In this document: positions 1 through 9,577 of the stretch, piece by piece | Position numbering within the stretch: the stretch's first letter is position 1 | Layout of the letters: every line of letters begins with the position of its first letter | NCBI RefSeq assembly: GCF_000341895.1 | Contig: NC_020409.1 | Coordinates: forward strand, 60,001-92,000 | Direction of reading: 5' to 3' | Origin: Pseudodesulfovibrio piezophilus C1TLV30 | GTDB taxonomy: Bacteria; Desulfobacterota; Desulfovibrionia; Desulfovibrionales; Desulfovibrionaceae | DNA: 32,000 nucleotides | Notes under the pieces: generated by a model | Database searches by the model: none | What the model was told of the DNA's origin: nothing | What the model saw: the letters and a program-made list of their open reading frames with translations, nothing else | Program-made: the position numbers and the translations under genes

Positions 1-763
1 AATTCGGCAATTTTTTCATCTGGCTAATGCCAAGCGCTGCCTGAATATCTGTCAGTCTGTAATTATACCCAAGTTCCTGCATCTCATAATACCACGCTCC
101 GGTCTTTTCCCGCGCCCGGGCGTCGGTGGTGATGCCGTGATTGCGAAATATTCTGAGTTTCTCTGCCAACTGCTTGGAGTTGGTAAGAATCATGCCTCCT
201 TCACCTGTTGCAACATGTTTGACCGGGTGAAAAGAAAAGACAGTCATGTCGGCCATTGTTCCAACTTTTTTCCCATTCCAGCGTGCCCCCAGTGCATGGC
301 ACCCATCCGCAACCAGTGGAAGGTTGTACTTGAGGGCAAGGCTGTGCAACTGATCCCAATCACACGGCTGTCCTGCATAGTCGACTGCAATGATCGCCTT
401 GGTTTTATCGGTGATCTTTTCTTCAATCCTTGAAGGATCGATTAGGAGGGTTCCTTCTTCAACGTCAGCGAAAACCGGCGTTGCCCCTCGGTAAAGCACA
501 CAGTTTGCTGAAGCTGCGAACGTCATCGGAGGAACGATGATTTCATCTCCTGGTTGGATATCAAGTGCAGCCAGAGTCGCATGGAGCGCAGCCGTTCCAT
601 TGGATACCGCCACTCCGTGCGTTGCTCCACAAAAGGAGGCAACGGAATTTTCAAATTCAGTGATTTTGGGGCCAGTCGTCAAGTAATCGGAACAGAGTGT
701 TTCTGTGACGGCCTTGATATCATTATCATCGATGCATTGTCTTCCGTATGGAATTTTTGGCAT
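1..763 (-). CDS. pseC: DegT/DnrJ/EryC1-type PLP aminotransferase, probably UDP-4-amino-4,6-dideoxy-N-acetyl-beta-L-altrosamine transaminase; 3' end cut by the window edge
   Basis: Absent from the ORF track because no stop lies in the window. My reverse-complement translation from the ATG (763-761) reads MPKIPYGRQCIDDNDIKAVTETLCSDYLTTGPKITEFENSVASFCGATHGVAVSNGTAALHATLAALDIQPGDE. Further on it reads FSFHPVKHVATGEGGMILT (PLP-lysine motif) and YNYRLTDIQAALGISQMKKLPN at position 1. It starts 5 nt after the pseB stop. Confidence 0.8.
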   Translation of the reverse strand, partial: MPKIPYGRQCIDDNDIKAVTETLCSDYLTTGPKITEFENSVASFCGATHGVAVSNGTAALHATLAALDIQPGDEIIVPPMTFAASANCVLYRGATPVFADVEEGTLLIDPSRIEEKITDKTKAIIAVDYAGQPCDWDQLHSLALKYNLPLVADGCHALGARWNGKKVGTMADMTVFSFHPVKHVATGEGGMILTNSKQLAEKLRIFRNHGITTDARAREKTGAWYYEMQELGYNYRLTDIQAALGISQMKKLPN

Positions 764-767
764 GGGA

Positions 768-1754
768 TTATAGTTTGTACCCTTGCTTGACTAATGTCTC
801 ACGGAGCTTTTCAACAGATATCCAGTCAGCATTGGTGTCTGAATTATAAGCAAAACCTTCTGGAACCGGTTTGGTATTGCTCAGGTCTCCCTTGTATGTC
901 ATGACGCCGGTTTCCGGGAGAATGGTGTATCCGTATTCAGTCTCGACTACATTGCGGGATTCTTCAGCGGGAATCATGCATTCATGGAGTTTTTCACCCG
1001 GTCTGATACCAATGACAGTTTGCTCGCACTCCGGAGCTATGGCTGTTGCCATGTCTGTGATTTTCATGCTTGGTATCTTGGGAACATAAATTTCTCCGCC
1101 AGCAGAGTGCTCTATGGCACGGAAGACCATTTCAACCGCCTCTTCGAGAATAATCCAGAATCGAGTCATCCGGTCGTCCGTAATCGGAAGTACGCCTTCT
1201 GTGCGTTTTTTCATGAAAAAGGGAACCACGCTCCCTCGGCTTCCTAGGACATTACCATATCTGACAACCGAGTACCTTGGGCCAACAGCAAATGCATTCG
1301 CAGCGATAAAGAGTTTGTCAGACGCGAGTTTTGTAGCCCCGTAGAGATTGACTGGCGCAACAGCTTTGTCGGTTGAGAGAGCGACAACGCATTCAACCTG
1401 AAGGTCCGCGGCGACATTGATGAGGTTTTGAGCGCCATAAATATTGGTCTTAATCGCTTCAGTCGGGTTGTATTCAGAGGCCGGGACTTGTTTCATGGCT
1501 GCAGCATGGACAATGACATCAACACCTTTGCACGCTCTATACAATCTTTCCTTGTCCCGGACGTCGCCAATAAAATACCGTATGGAAGGGTATTTGTCGG
1601 CAGAAAAATCCTGTGCCATTTCGAACTGTTTGAGTTCATCACGACTGAAAATGATAAGTTTTTTGGGATTATATTTTTCAAGCACCATCTCGACAAACTT
1701 CTTGCCGAACGATCCGGTGCCGCCTGTAATCAATATGGTTTTGCCATCAAGCAT
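768..1754 (-). CDS. pseB: UDP-N-acetylglucosamine 4,6-dehydratase (inverting), PseB/FlaA1 type
   Basis: ORF 768..1829. From MLDGKTILITGGTGSFGKKF onward it aligns nearly residue for residue with my memory of Helicobacter FlaA1/PseB (SRDELKQ, FIGDVRD, YGATKL, VVRYGNV.GSRGSVVPFF, MTRFWI, GIRPGEKLHE). The M26 start at 1754 gives the usual length of about 329 aa; the upstream ATG at 1829 is possible. Confidence 0.9.
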   Translation of the reverse strand: MLDGKTILITGGTGSFGKKFVEMVLEKYNPKKLIIFSRDELKQFEMAQDFSADKYPSIRYFIGDVRDKERLYRACKGVDVIVHAAAMKQVPASEYNPTEAIKTNIYGAQNLINVAADLQVECVVALSTDKAVAPVNLYGATKLASDKLFIAANAFAVGPRYSVVRYGNVLGSRGSVVPFFMKKRTEGVLPITDDRMTRFWIILEEAVEMVFRAIEHSAGGEIYVPKIPSMKITDMATAIAPECEQTVIGIRPGEKLHECMIPAEESRNVVETEYGYTILPETGVMTYKGDLSNTKPVPEGFAYNSDTNADWISVEKLRETLVKQGYKL

Positions 1755-1909
1755 CAATATTTCCTGTTCGTGAAAAGATAATGGGAGCTCTTGAGGTGTT
1801 TCAAGCCCAGATGCCAAGAAATTCAGCATCCCAAATCAGTGAGATACTAATAGACGATGTTGGCATGCTGTCAAGGGATCATCGGACCTGCTCCGGGGCA
1901 GCACTATTG

Positions 1910-1953
1910 AAAAAAACCAAATACAACTGAAATTCGTTGTATTTGGTTTTTTT
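1910..1953 (-). terminator. Bidirectional rho-independent terminator after the ABC transporter operon
   Basis: Perfect 18-nt inverted repeat: aaaaaaaccaaatacaac (1910-1927) and gttgtatttggttttttt (1936-1953), with an 8-nt loop. A-run and T-run flanks allow termination on either strand. It lies 67 nt downstream of the ATPase stop at 2020. Confidence 0.8.
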
Positions 1954-2019
1954 CAAAGTGGCATTGGAAACACACTCCCCAATGGGATCGTGTATCATTT
2001 TTGTCGTTTATGCAGAGCC

Positions 2020-2751
2020 TTATAGAATTTGACTCAAGAATAGCTTTGTCCGTTCATTCCGGGGTGCTGTAAAGAAGTGTTCCGGTGTGCCGACTTCAAT
2101 GATTTTACCTTCATCCATGAAAACGACTTGATCGGCGACTTCACGCGCAAACCCCATTTCATGGGTCACGACAATCATAGTCATGCCTTCTTTGGCTAGT
2201 GTTTTCATGACATCGAGGACTTCTCCGACCATCTCAGGATCAAGAGCGGATGTGGGTTCATCAAAAAGCATGACCTTGGGGTCCATAGCCAGTGCTCTGG
2301 CGATGGCAACTCGTTGCTGTTGTCCACCGGAAAGTTGAGCAGGGTAGTTGTCTGCTTTGGCGTGAATCCCAACCTTGTTGAGCAATGTCATCGCCTTTTC
2401 AGCAGATTCTTTTTTCCCTCGCCTACGAACGGAGGTTTGACCGACCGTGACATTTTCCAGAACCGTCAAATGAGGGAAGAGATTAAAAGACTGAAAGACC
2501 ATACCAACTTCCATACGGACTTTATTTATATCAGTCTTGGGATCAAGGATGTCTGTTCCGTCGATCATTATATGCCCGGTATTGGCATGTTCCAATCGAT
2601 TCAGACATCGAAGGAATGTGGACTTTCCTGATCCCGAAGGACCGATGACCACGACCACTTCTCCTGGATCGACGTGGTAGGAGACATTATGGAGAGCCTG
2701 TACTTCGTGTGGGACAAAGAATGTTTTATATATGTTTTGGACATCTATCAT
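2020..2751 (-). CDS. Polar amino-acid ABC transporter ATP-binding protein (GlnQ/HisP-like)
   Basis: Walker [10 protein letters not shown], signature [15 protein letters not shown], Walker [12 protein letters not shown] and an H-loop VTHEM. The likely start is [11 protein letters not shown] at 2751, which forms an ATGA overlap with the permease stop. The ORF track extends to 2826. Confidence 0.9.
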   Translation of the reverse strand: MIDVQNIYKTFFVPHEVQALHNVSYHVDPGEVVVVIGPSGSGKSTFLRCLNRLEHANTGHIMIDGTDILDPKTDINKVRMEVGMVFQSFNLFPHLTVLENVTVGQTSVRRRGKKESAEKAMTLLNKVGIHAKADNYPAQLSGGQQQRVAIARALAMDPKVMLFDEPTSALDPEMVGEVLDVMKTLAKEGMTMIVVTHEMGFAREVADQVVFMDEGKIIEVGTPEHFFTAPRNERTKLFLSQIL

Positions 2752-3755
2752 GACGTCGTCCTTCTTTCCAGATACTGGACAAACATGGATAAAGCGAATG
2801 TCAGGACCAGGTACATGACGCCGCATAAAAACCAGAGTTCATAAGGCATCAGGCTGGTCGTGACCGCTTCTCGGGTCGCTTTGGTCATTTCCCTGATGGC
2901 GATGACGCCGAGCAGGGAGGAGTCTTTGATGAGGCTGATAAATTGACCGGCAAGCGGGGGCAGGATACGTTTAAAGGCTTGGGGCAGAATGATTTTGATC
3001 ATTGCTGTTGTTTTGGTCATCCCAAGGGAGCGGGCTGCTTCCATTTGGCCTTTATGGATAGACTGGATGCCAGCGCGAACAATTTCCGCGACATATGCCC
3101 CTGCGAAAATGGCTAATGAGGCGATGCCGAACCACAGTTCCGGGATTTGTGGCAAGCCAGCTTTAAGGGAGAGGTTGTTGATGATTGTCCCGATAACAAA
3201 ATACCAGATCATGATTTGGACAAGCAGGGGAGTCCCACGGATCAACTCAATGTAGGTAATGGCTGTCCACTTAATACAGGGATTGGAAGAGAGCCGTGCC
3301 AGACCGGTAAATAATCCAAGGAGTATGCCAAATACTATGGCAACAAGACTGACTTCTATCGTAACAAGAAGACCTTCGAGTAAAAGCCCGCATCGTCCTT
3401 CCTCATATTCACCGAGGGAATCACCCATGTAAATGGTGTCACCTATATCCACACGCAGGTCCGAACCGGGGATCGTGTAATATTCAGACTCGGCCCCATC
3501 GCTGACGATGACAACAGAGTCGTCTCCTTTTTTGCTGATGGATGTGACTTCTCCTTCGATTTCAGCTTTTACATCGACAGTTTCGATGTAGTAAAAGTAT
3601 CGGGGGAGACGGTTCCAGCGCCAAATGTAATCAGTCTGCTGTGTGGCCCAATAAAAGCTCAGGCACGTTCCCACCAACAGAACTACATAGACGACTTTCC
3701 AGAAGAAATTTTTGTTGAAGCCTTTTTGAGGCTCAACTGTTTCCATATCGGTCAT
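2748..3755 (-). CDS. Amino-acid ABC transporter permease (His/Glu/Gln/Arg family) with an N-terminal extension of about 115 aa
   Basis: The C-terminal ~220 aa carry the family motifs [13 protein letters not shown] and EAARSLGM...ILPQA. The N-terminus has one extra TM helix followed by an acidic soluble segment. Confidence 0.85.
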   Translation of the reverse strand: MTDMETVEPQKGFNKNFFWKVVYVVLLVGTCLSFYWATQQTDYIWRWNRLPRYFYYIETVDVKAEIEGEVTSISKKGDDSVVIVSDGAESEYYTIPGSDLRVDIGDTIYMGDSLGEYEEGRCGLLLEGLLVTIEVSLVAIVFGILLGLFTGLARLSSNPCIKWTAITYIELIRGTPLLVQIMIWYFVIGTIINNLSLKAGLPQIPELWFGIASLAIFAGAYVAEIVRAGIQSIHKGQMEAARSLGMTKTTAMIKIILPQAFKRILPPLAGQFISLIKDSSLLGVIAIREMTKATREAVTTSLMPYELWFLCGVMYLVLTFALSMFVQYLERRTTS

Positions 3756-3787
3756 TAAAGTTCTCTATGAATATATGATGTAAAGAA

Positions 3788-3813
3788 CCGGGGGGCGCGG
3801 TAGCGCCCCCCGG
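3788..3813 (-). terminator. GC-rich intra-operon hairpin (attenuator or RNA-stabilising stem) between the binding-protein and permease genes
   Basis: ccggggggcgc / ggta / gcgccccccgg forms a perfect 11-bp stem with a 4-nt loop. On the minus strand it is followed by TTCTTTA. It sits 17 nt after the binding-protein stop and 33 nt before the permease start. Confidence 0.6.
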
Positions 3814-3829
3814 TGAGTTGATCCGTCGT

Positions 3830-4654
3830 CTACTGGATATCCTTGAGCCATTTGTTGGAATCGAACCACTTACTGTAGATTCGATCGTAACGGCCGTCAT
3901 TCTTCATTTGAACCAGGAAGTTGTTGAGCCAGTTCAGGAAGTCCGGGTCTCCCTTGTTGATGGCCCAGCCAAGAGGTTCGTAGGTGAAGGGTTTGTCCAG
4001 GAATTTCATGTCAGCTTCTTTACCGCGCTGCGCAAAGAAGATGGATGTCATAGGCAGGTCGTAAACCATGGCAGTAGCCTTGCCGTTGAGAGTTTCCAGC
4101 ATGGCCTGGTCTTCTGTCTCAAAGGATTTGTATGTTGCTTTGGGGAACATGCGTTTGGCAGCCTGCTCACCGGTTGTGCCAAGCTTTGAAGTAATAATGT
4201 ATGCCGGGTTATTGAGGTCTTTGTAGGACGAGATTTCGTTGGCCCATTTTTTATTGATAAGCGCTGTCTGCCCGACAATGATATACGGATTGGCAAAGTT
4301 GACCTTCAGGTTTCGCTCCTGATTGACAGTCATACCAGAAGCGATCAAGTCGTACTTATTGGACATAAGGCCGGGGAGAATCCCGTCCCAAGCAGTGTTG
4401 ACCAGTTCCAGTTTGACCCCCATGGCCTTGGCCATTTCCTTGACCATATCGACATCGAATCCGACAATATTGCCTTTCTTGTCTGTCATTTCAAACGGCA
4501 TGTAGCCCGCTTCAAGACCGACGCGAAGCGTTCCGCTCTGAATGACTTTTTCCAGGGTGGATTTTCGAGCAAGGTCAATATCTGCCGCACTGGCAGACAT
4601 GGCGGCGCACAAAAGCAGAGACAGCATTGCCAAGAGAGTAATAATTAGGGTCAT
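3830..4654 (-). CDS. Amino-acid ABC transporter substrate-binding protein (family 3 SBP)
   Basis: Signal peptide MTLIITLLAMLSLLLCAAMSASAAD, then the typical family-3 layout (GTLRVG..PF.., GFDVD, YDLIASGMT). First gene of the three-gene transporter operon. Confidence 0.9.
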   Translation of the reverse strand: MTLIITLLAMLSLLLCAAMSASAADIDLARKSTLEKVIQSGTLRVGLEAGYMPFEMTDKKGNIVGFDVDMVKEMAKAMGVKLELVNTAWDGILPGLMSNKYDLIASGMTVNQERNLKVNFANPYIIVGQTALINKKWANEISSYKDLNNPAYIITSKLGTTGEQAAKRMFPKATYKSFETEDQAMLETLNGKATAMVYDLPMTSIFFAQRGKEADMKFLDKPFTYEPLGWAINKGDPDFLNWLNNFLVQMKNDGRYDRIYSKWFDSNKWLKDIQ

Positions 4655-5087
4655 CCTTTCCTCCAGATGGAACTGTGTTGATTAGTATACCTTCGCTTCT
4701 TCATGGTGTCCGGGTAAACACCGATTTGAAAGCTTTGGTTCCTGTAACATGTATCGCACGTTCATTCGGGTAAATGAGCGTCGGGCGACTGTCTTTCATA
4801 GCTTTGATTACTAAAAAAAACAAGATGTGTAAGGGGAGGGAGGATTGGCTGAAAAGTTGAAAGTGTGTTTATTGTTCGCTCTCTTGCGGTTCTTATTGAA
4901 TTTAATTCGAAGAGATTCTCCTTTTGCTGTATTGAAGAAGGATAAAAAAGAATCAATGGAATGAAAGGTTTCTTGATGTAACTTCATGGATTACGCATAG
5001 TGAGAAAACTGACGTTTTCTTGGTTGGTATGGTAACAGATGTGCTGCTAAGATGGTGTGTCTTTTGCTGACAATATGGGGGAATTCT

Positions 5088-6653
5088 ATGGGGACGGAAA
5101 AAATACTTGTTGTCGAGGATGATGCCATTGCCCGTTTGGATATTCAGAATGCGCTGGAGAGAACAGGTTATGAGGTTGTTGGGTTGGCCTCATCCGGGAT
5201 GGAAGCCATTTCCATGGCGGATACGCTCAATCCTGACCTTGTTTTGATGGATATTCGTTTGGAAGGCTCGATGGATGGGGTTGAGGCTGCCAATGAGATA
5301 TCAAGGCTGTTTGATGTGCCCATTATTTATCTGACGGTTTATGCCGATGATGAAACTCTACATTGGGCCAAGGTCTCTGGGCCGTACGGCTATTTACTCA
5401 AACCCGTTGATCACAAAGAGCTTAAGTCGGCCATTGAAGTTGGACTCTACAAACATCAGATGGAGCGAGAGTTACTCAAGGCAAAAAAGGCGGCAGAAAC
5501 CTCCAGCCAGGCCAAGACGTCTTTTCTGGCTACTATCAGTCATGAGCTTCGTACTCCGATGAATGGAGTTCTCGGGATGACAGAACTTCTCCTTCTTTCT
5601 GATCTTGGACACCCTTATCGAGAAAGTGTGCAGTTGATAAAAGAATCGTCAATGTCGCTCTTATCCGTATTGAACCAGATTATTGATTATTCCAAATTGG
5701 AAACATCCACTTTCAAGCTTCGTGAGATTGATTTTCGTCTCGAAGATTTGGTGACAGGGATTCTCTCCCAGTATGAAAGAACCGCAGCTGCCAAGGGGGT
5801 AGAGGTCTCGTATAGTCTTTCCTCAGAGGTGCCGTCCTGGGTGCGAGGGGATTCTGCTAAGGTTCGCCAGGTGCTGGGGAATCTGGTCAACAATGCAGTG
5901 AAGTTTACTCGTTCCGGGCTTATTTCCGTTGATGTTTCTCCAATGGAGAGTGAAGGCAATGACCGCAAGGATGAAGACCTGATAGTCATTCGTATACTCG
6001 TTCGGGATACAGGGATAGGTATTCCTCCCGAAAAGTTGAATTCACTCTTTGAAAGTTTTACCTTGGCTGAAGATTATCTTTCTCACACTTCAGGCGGGCT
6101 TGGGCTTGGACTGGCTATTGTTAAAAGGCTGGTGATACTGTTGGGAGGTTCTGTGCATTGCTCAAGCGAGGTGGATAAGGGAAGCACTTTTTCCTTTTCC
6201 ATTCCGCTCAAGGCAAGCCGTTACGCAGTTCAGACTCCATTAACGAGCACTCTGGCAGACAAAAAGCCCCTTGAGGGAGTTTCGGTTTTGGTCGCTGAGG
6301 ATGATCTGGTCAACCAGCGGTATGTTGTTCGTCTGCTTCAAAGAATGGGATGTCAGGTGCAGCTGGCGGAGGATGGGTTGCAGGCTGTCGATGCGCTGAA
6401 GGTCAATTCGTTCGATATTGTCTTGATGGATGTGGAGATGCCTGTCATGAACGGGATCGAAGCGACTCGGCATATACGGGAACCTGGAACAGGCTGCTTG
6501 GAGCCGGATATCCCGATTATTGCCTTGACTGCTCATGCGATGTGGGGAGATGAGCAGCGGTGCATTCACGCTGGTATGAATGATTATGTCGCCAAACCGG
6601 TCGATATTGACACCGTTGCGGCGATCATTGAGGCAACTCTAAACCGCCCATAG
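5088..6653 (+). CDS. Hybrid histidine kinase, REC-HisKA-HATPase_c-REC, with no recognisable sensor or TM domain
   Basis: N-terminal receiver ILVVEDD...DLVLMDIRL. H-box SHELRTPMNG, N-box NLVNNAVKFT, G-boxes DTGIGI and GGLGLGLAIV. C-terminal receiver VLVAEDD...DIVLMDVEMP...K. I take the start at MGTEK (5088, preceded by GGGGG); the ORF track starts at 5052. Confidence 0.85.
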   Translation: MGTEKILVVEDDAIARLDIQNALERTGYEVVGLASSGMEAISMADTLNPDLVLMDIRLEGSMDGVEAANEISRLFDVPIIYLTVYADDETLHWAKVSGPYGYLLKPVDHKELKSAIEVGLYKHQMERELLKAKKAAETSSQAKTSFLATISHELRTPMNGVLGMTELLLLSDLGHPYRESVQLIKESSMSLLSVLNQIIDYSKLETSTFKLREIDFRLEDLVTGILSQYERTAAAKGVEVSYSLSSEVPSWVRGDSAKVRQVLGNLVNNAVKFTRSGLISVDVSPMESEGNDRKDEDLIVIRILVRDTGIGIPPEKLNSLFESFTLAEDYLSHTSGGLGLGLAIVKRLVILLGGSVHCSSEVDKGSTFSFSIPLKASRYAVQTPLTSTLADKKPLEGVSVLVAEDDLVNQRYVVRLLQRMGCQVQLAEDGLQAVDALKVNSFDIVLMDVEMPVMNGIEATRHIREPGTGCLEPDIPIIALTAHAMWGDEQRCIHAGMNDYVAKPVDIDTVAAIIEATLNRP

Positions 6654-6723
6654 CGGATTCTTGTGTCATTGACGAGACCATCGTTCTGGTAATATTGATG
6701 ATAGTACGGAGTATAGAAAAACC

Positions 6724-7833
6724 ATGAACGATATGAATCGGCCCTCAACACTTCCTCCGGGGACTATCTACAAGGTGTTTCTCATCTTGCTGCTGATACT
6801 GTCCCTGTATCTTGGCTTTTCCCTGATCGCACCATTTGTCCATACATTGATTTTCTCGACGGTGCTCGCAGTTCTTTTTTCTCCTGTCTTTCATTGGGCT
6901 TTGGGAGTCACTAAAGGCAAACGGGCAATGGCTTCGACCATAACTGTCGCCATTATTGTTTTCTGTTTGCTGCTTCCGATGATTTTTTTGGTCATTGCGC
7001 TGATCAGTCAAGGTGTTGAATCCCTGGTCGCCCTGAACTCTTGGGTGACCACTGTGGATATTCATTCTCTCGAAAATATACATCTTTTGGAAAAGTACGA
7101 GGCCTGGATACACCAGGCTCTTCCTTTTCTCCATTTGAACGATTTTGATATCCAGGCGAGTCTGATTCAGTATTCAAAGGGATTTGCTCAGGTCATGCTT
7201 GGATTTGGTTCCAAGATGGTCAAGAATGCGGCTTCCTTGGTCCTGCACTTTCTTCTTATGGTTTTCATCCTGTTTTATTTTTTACGGGATGGCGGGAAAA
7301 TGGTTGATTCGCTCAAACACCTTTCACCCTTGAGAAGCAGGCAGGAGGATTATATTATTGATTCTCTCAAAAGGGTTGCTCGAGGGGTTCTTATGGGGTG
7401 CCTGCTGGTTGCGGTCCTTCAAGGAATTGCTGGTGGCATTGGCCTTGCCGTCGTAGGCATTCCCGCTTTCTTTTGGGGAGCCATGATGGCACTTTCCTCA
7501 TTGATTCCCGTCGTCGGAACCGGTTTGGTATGGGTCCCTGCTGTCTGTTACCTTTTCTTGGCAGGAGACTGGAAAATGGCAACATTTCTCGCTTTATGGT
7601 GCGGAGTCTTCGTTGTTGGCATTGATACGGTTCTACGACCGATCTTTATGCGCGAGGCATCTCGCGTTTCCACTTTTTATATTTTTCTTGCCATCCTTGG
7701 CGGTATCTATTCTTTCGGTATGCTCGGCATTTTTTATGGTCCCCTCATCCTGAGTTTCGCCATGGTCATGCTTCATATATATATGGAAGAGTATGCGGAT
7801 GACCTCAGCCATAAAGAGGAAAATGAATTATGA
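6724..7833 (+). CDS. AI-2E family transporter (PerM/UPF0118 membrane protein)
   Basis: 369 aa with about 8 TM segments and the family-typical C-terminal half (VLQGIAGGIGLAVVGIP, LIPVVGTGLVWVP, GPLIL). Confidence 0.75.
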   Translation: MNDMNRPSTLPPGTIYKVFLILLLILSLYLGFSLIAPFVHTLIFSTVLAVLFSPVFHWALGVTKGKRAMASTITVAIIVFCLLLPMIFLVIALISQGVESLVALNSWVTTVDIHSLENIHLLEKYEAWIHQALPFLHLNDFDIQASLIQYSKGFAQVMLGFGSKMVKNAASLVLHFLLMVFILFYFLRDGGKMVDSLKHLSPLRSRQEDYIIDSLKRVARGVLMGCLLVAVLQGIAGGIGLAVVGIPAFFWGAMMALSSLIPVVGTGLVWVPAVCYLFLAGDWKMATFLALWCGVFVVGIDTVLRPIFMREASRVSTFYIFLAILGGIYSFGMLGIFYGPLILSFAMVMLHIYMEEYADDLSHKEENEL

Positions 7834-9041
7834 TGTCAGGTCGTTTTTTTTATTGTCTGTTTCTTCTGACACTTGCTTCTCTTTGGGGATGTTCTGCCGG
7901 TAACATTCCGGATTCGATAAATGTTTCTCCGTACTACGAACCTCTTACAGAATCTCAGGCTGAGGAGATAGCTGGGGAAGTCTCCATCCAATCGCAAGGC
8001 TTTGAATCTTGGATGGATCTTCAAGCCGGTCTGGAAGACAGTCTCGGGTATATTCTCAGACGGCCTCAACAGAGTGTTTGTGTGACTCGACCGGGGTTGA
8101 CCCTGACCTGGGAGCAAGTAGGGGATAGTGTGGCGGAGCTTTTGGCCTTGTTGCCTCACCTTGAAAGCCATCCTGAGTTACTTTCTGAACATTTTGAGTG
8201 GCTTAAGGTCTCACCTCGAACTTTGCTAACCGGTTACTATGAGCCGTGGCTTGAAGCTTCGCTGACCAAAGGCGGCGTTTTCCAATACCCTTTGTATGGT
8301 GTGCCGGAAGATCTTAAGACACTGAACCTTGGAAAATTTCACCATAGATGGAAAGGGCAAACTCTCGTTTATCGAATCGGCGAAGATGGTGTTGAGCCGT
8401 ACCTCGACAGAGAAGCTATTGACGGAGAAGGGGGGCTCGAAGGGAAAGGGGACGAGCTTGCATGGGCTAAGGATCCCGTGGATGTCTTTTTCCTCCAGAT
8501 CCAAGGGTCTGGAAGGCTGGTCTTGCGGGATGGCTCTGTCAAACATATACTTTATGGCGGGAAGAACGGGCACAAATATGTTTCGTTGGGTAAGTTGCTG
8601 ATTGAGAGAGGATTTGTTCCTCGTGAGGAAATGAGTATGCAACGAATCAGAGCTTTTCTTGATGCCCATCCTTATGTCGCCCAGAAGTTAATGTTCGAGA
8701 ATCCCAGTTATGTCTTCTTTCACCTTTCGGACGTGGGGCCTTACGGTTCCATCGGGTCGATTCTGACTCCTCGATTGAGCGCTGCTGTGGACCCCACCAT
8801 GGTTCCTCTCGGCAGTGTGCTTGCGCTGAAAACCAACCTCATGAATTACCAGTCCGGTGAGACAGAGCCGTTTACAGCCCTGGTTTTGGCTCAGGATACT
8901 GGGGGAGCAATCAAAGGAACACGGATGGATCTCTTTTGTGGTTCCGGGGAAGAAGCAGAAAATCTGGCTGGTCATTTACAGGAAGAATCCGAAGTTTTCA
9001 TGCTCGTCAGTAAGCGAACTTTGGCTTCTGCCATAAAATAG
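7830..9041 (+). CDS. mltA: Membrane-bound lytic murein transglycosylase A (lipoprotein)
   Basis: Lipobox LWGC near the N-terminus. MltA and 3D-domain motifs LTGYYEP, FFLQIQGSGRL, YVFF and DTGGAIKG..MDLFCG. ATGA overlap with the upstream transporter stop (7830-7833). Confidence 0.85.
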   Translation: MMSGRFFYCLFLLTLASLWGCSAGNIPDSINVSPYYEPLTESQAEEIAGEVSIQSQGFESWMDLQAGLEDSLGYILRRPQQSVCVTRPGLTLTWEQVGDSVAELLALLPHLESHPELLSEHFEWLKVSPRTLLTGYYEPWLEASLTKGGVFQYPLYGVPEDLKTLNLGKFHHRWKGQTLVYRIGEDGVEPYLDREAIDGEGGLEGKGDELAWAKDPVDVFFLQIQGSGRLVLRDGSVKHILYGGKNGHKYVSLGKLLIERGFVPREEMSMQRIRAFLDAHPYVAQKLMFENPSYVFFHLSDVGPYGSIGSILTPRLSAAVDPTMVPLGSVLALKTNLMNYQSGETEPFTALVLAQDTGGAIKGTRMDLFCGSGEEAENLAGHLQEESEVFMLVSKRTLASAIK

Positions 9042-9151
9042 TCTTGATTGGACTTTAGTTTATCTTGTTTTCGTCGTTCGAGAGCCTTTCATCTGACGAC
9101 GCTCCCCCCCCTTTTTCTTTTTGAAGGAAGAGCAGGGGAAACGGTCCTTTT

Positions 9152-9577
9152 CTAGTCCATGTTGGGGCAGTCTTCAGGCGATTCCAGGAGTTCAGCAAGA
9201 GTTATGGAGTCGAGTTCTTGCTCCATGGCTCGTGAGGCGCGTTCCCAGACAGACCTGGTCCTGCATGCTTGAGACCGCTCACATTTTGTTTCACATTCAA
9301 GGCAATTGGCAATATTGATTGCCCCTTCCATTGTGCGGACAATTTCTCCGAGTGTTATATGGGCGGGGTCTTTGTCCAGAATGTGGCCCCCGGCAGCCCC
9401 TCGTACGGATTTAATCAGTCCGGCTTTTTTAAGGGGACGAATGATTTGTTCAATGAATTGAACAGTGATCCCTGTGTTTTCGGAAAGCAGAGCAGTTCTG
9501 ATCGGCTTGTCGGCTTCGTGCATGGCAAGGTCGAGCAGGAGTCTGGCGGCATATCGGGAACGAGCTGATAATTTCAT
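9152..9577 (-). CDS. Rrf2 family transcriptional regulator (IscR/BadM-like), probably Fe-S binding
   Basis: N-terminus MKLSARSRYAARLLLDLA with a winged-helix region SVRGAAGGH. Cysteine cluster CLECETKCERSQAC. Confidence 0.85.
   Translation of the reverse strand: MKLSARSRYAARLLLDLAMHEADKPIRTALLSENTGITVQFIEQIIRPLKKAGLIKSVRGAAGGHILDKDPAHITLGEIVRTMEGAINIANCLECETKCERSQACRTRSVWERASRAMEQELDSITLAELLESPEDCPNMD

Noticed and set aside
3790-3803. GCGGTAGC inside the GC hairpin, which resembles the ops/JUMPstart core GGCGGTAG.
   Set aside because: It is not an exact match. It lies in an amino-acid transporter operon rather than upstream of the polysaccharide genes. It is fully explained by the stem-loop.
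5030-5045. Sigma-54-like element TGGTAACAGATGTGCT (GG-N10-GC spacing) about 45 nt upstream of the hybrid kinase start.
   Set aside because: Only the GG/GC core and spacing match, while the flanking consensus positions are poor. No enhancer-binding-protein gene or upstream activator sites are evident, so this is too weak to call.
9072-9120. A weak stem (cgtcgtt / gacgacg with a 16-nt loop) followed by a C8 tract and a T-rich run between the convergent mltA and rrf2 genes. It was considered as a terminator, and the C8 tract as a phase-variable repeat.
   Set aside because: The stem is only 6-7 bp with a large loop, so terminator confidence is low. The homopolymer sits between two 3' ends, where length changes would affect neither coding nor promoters.
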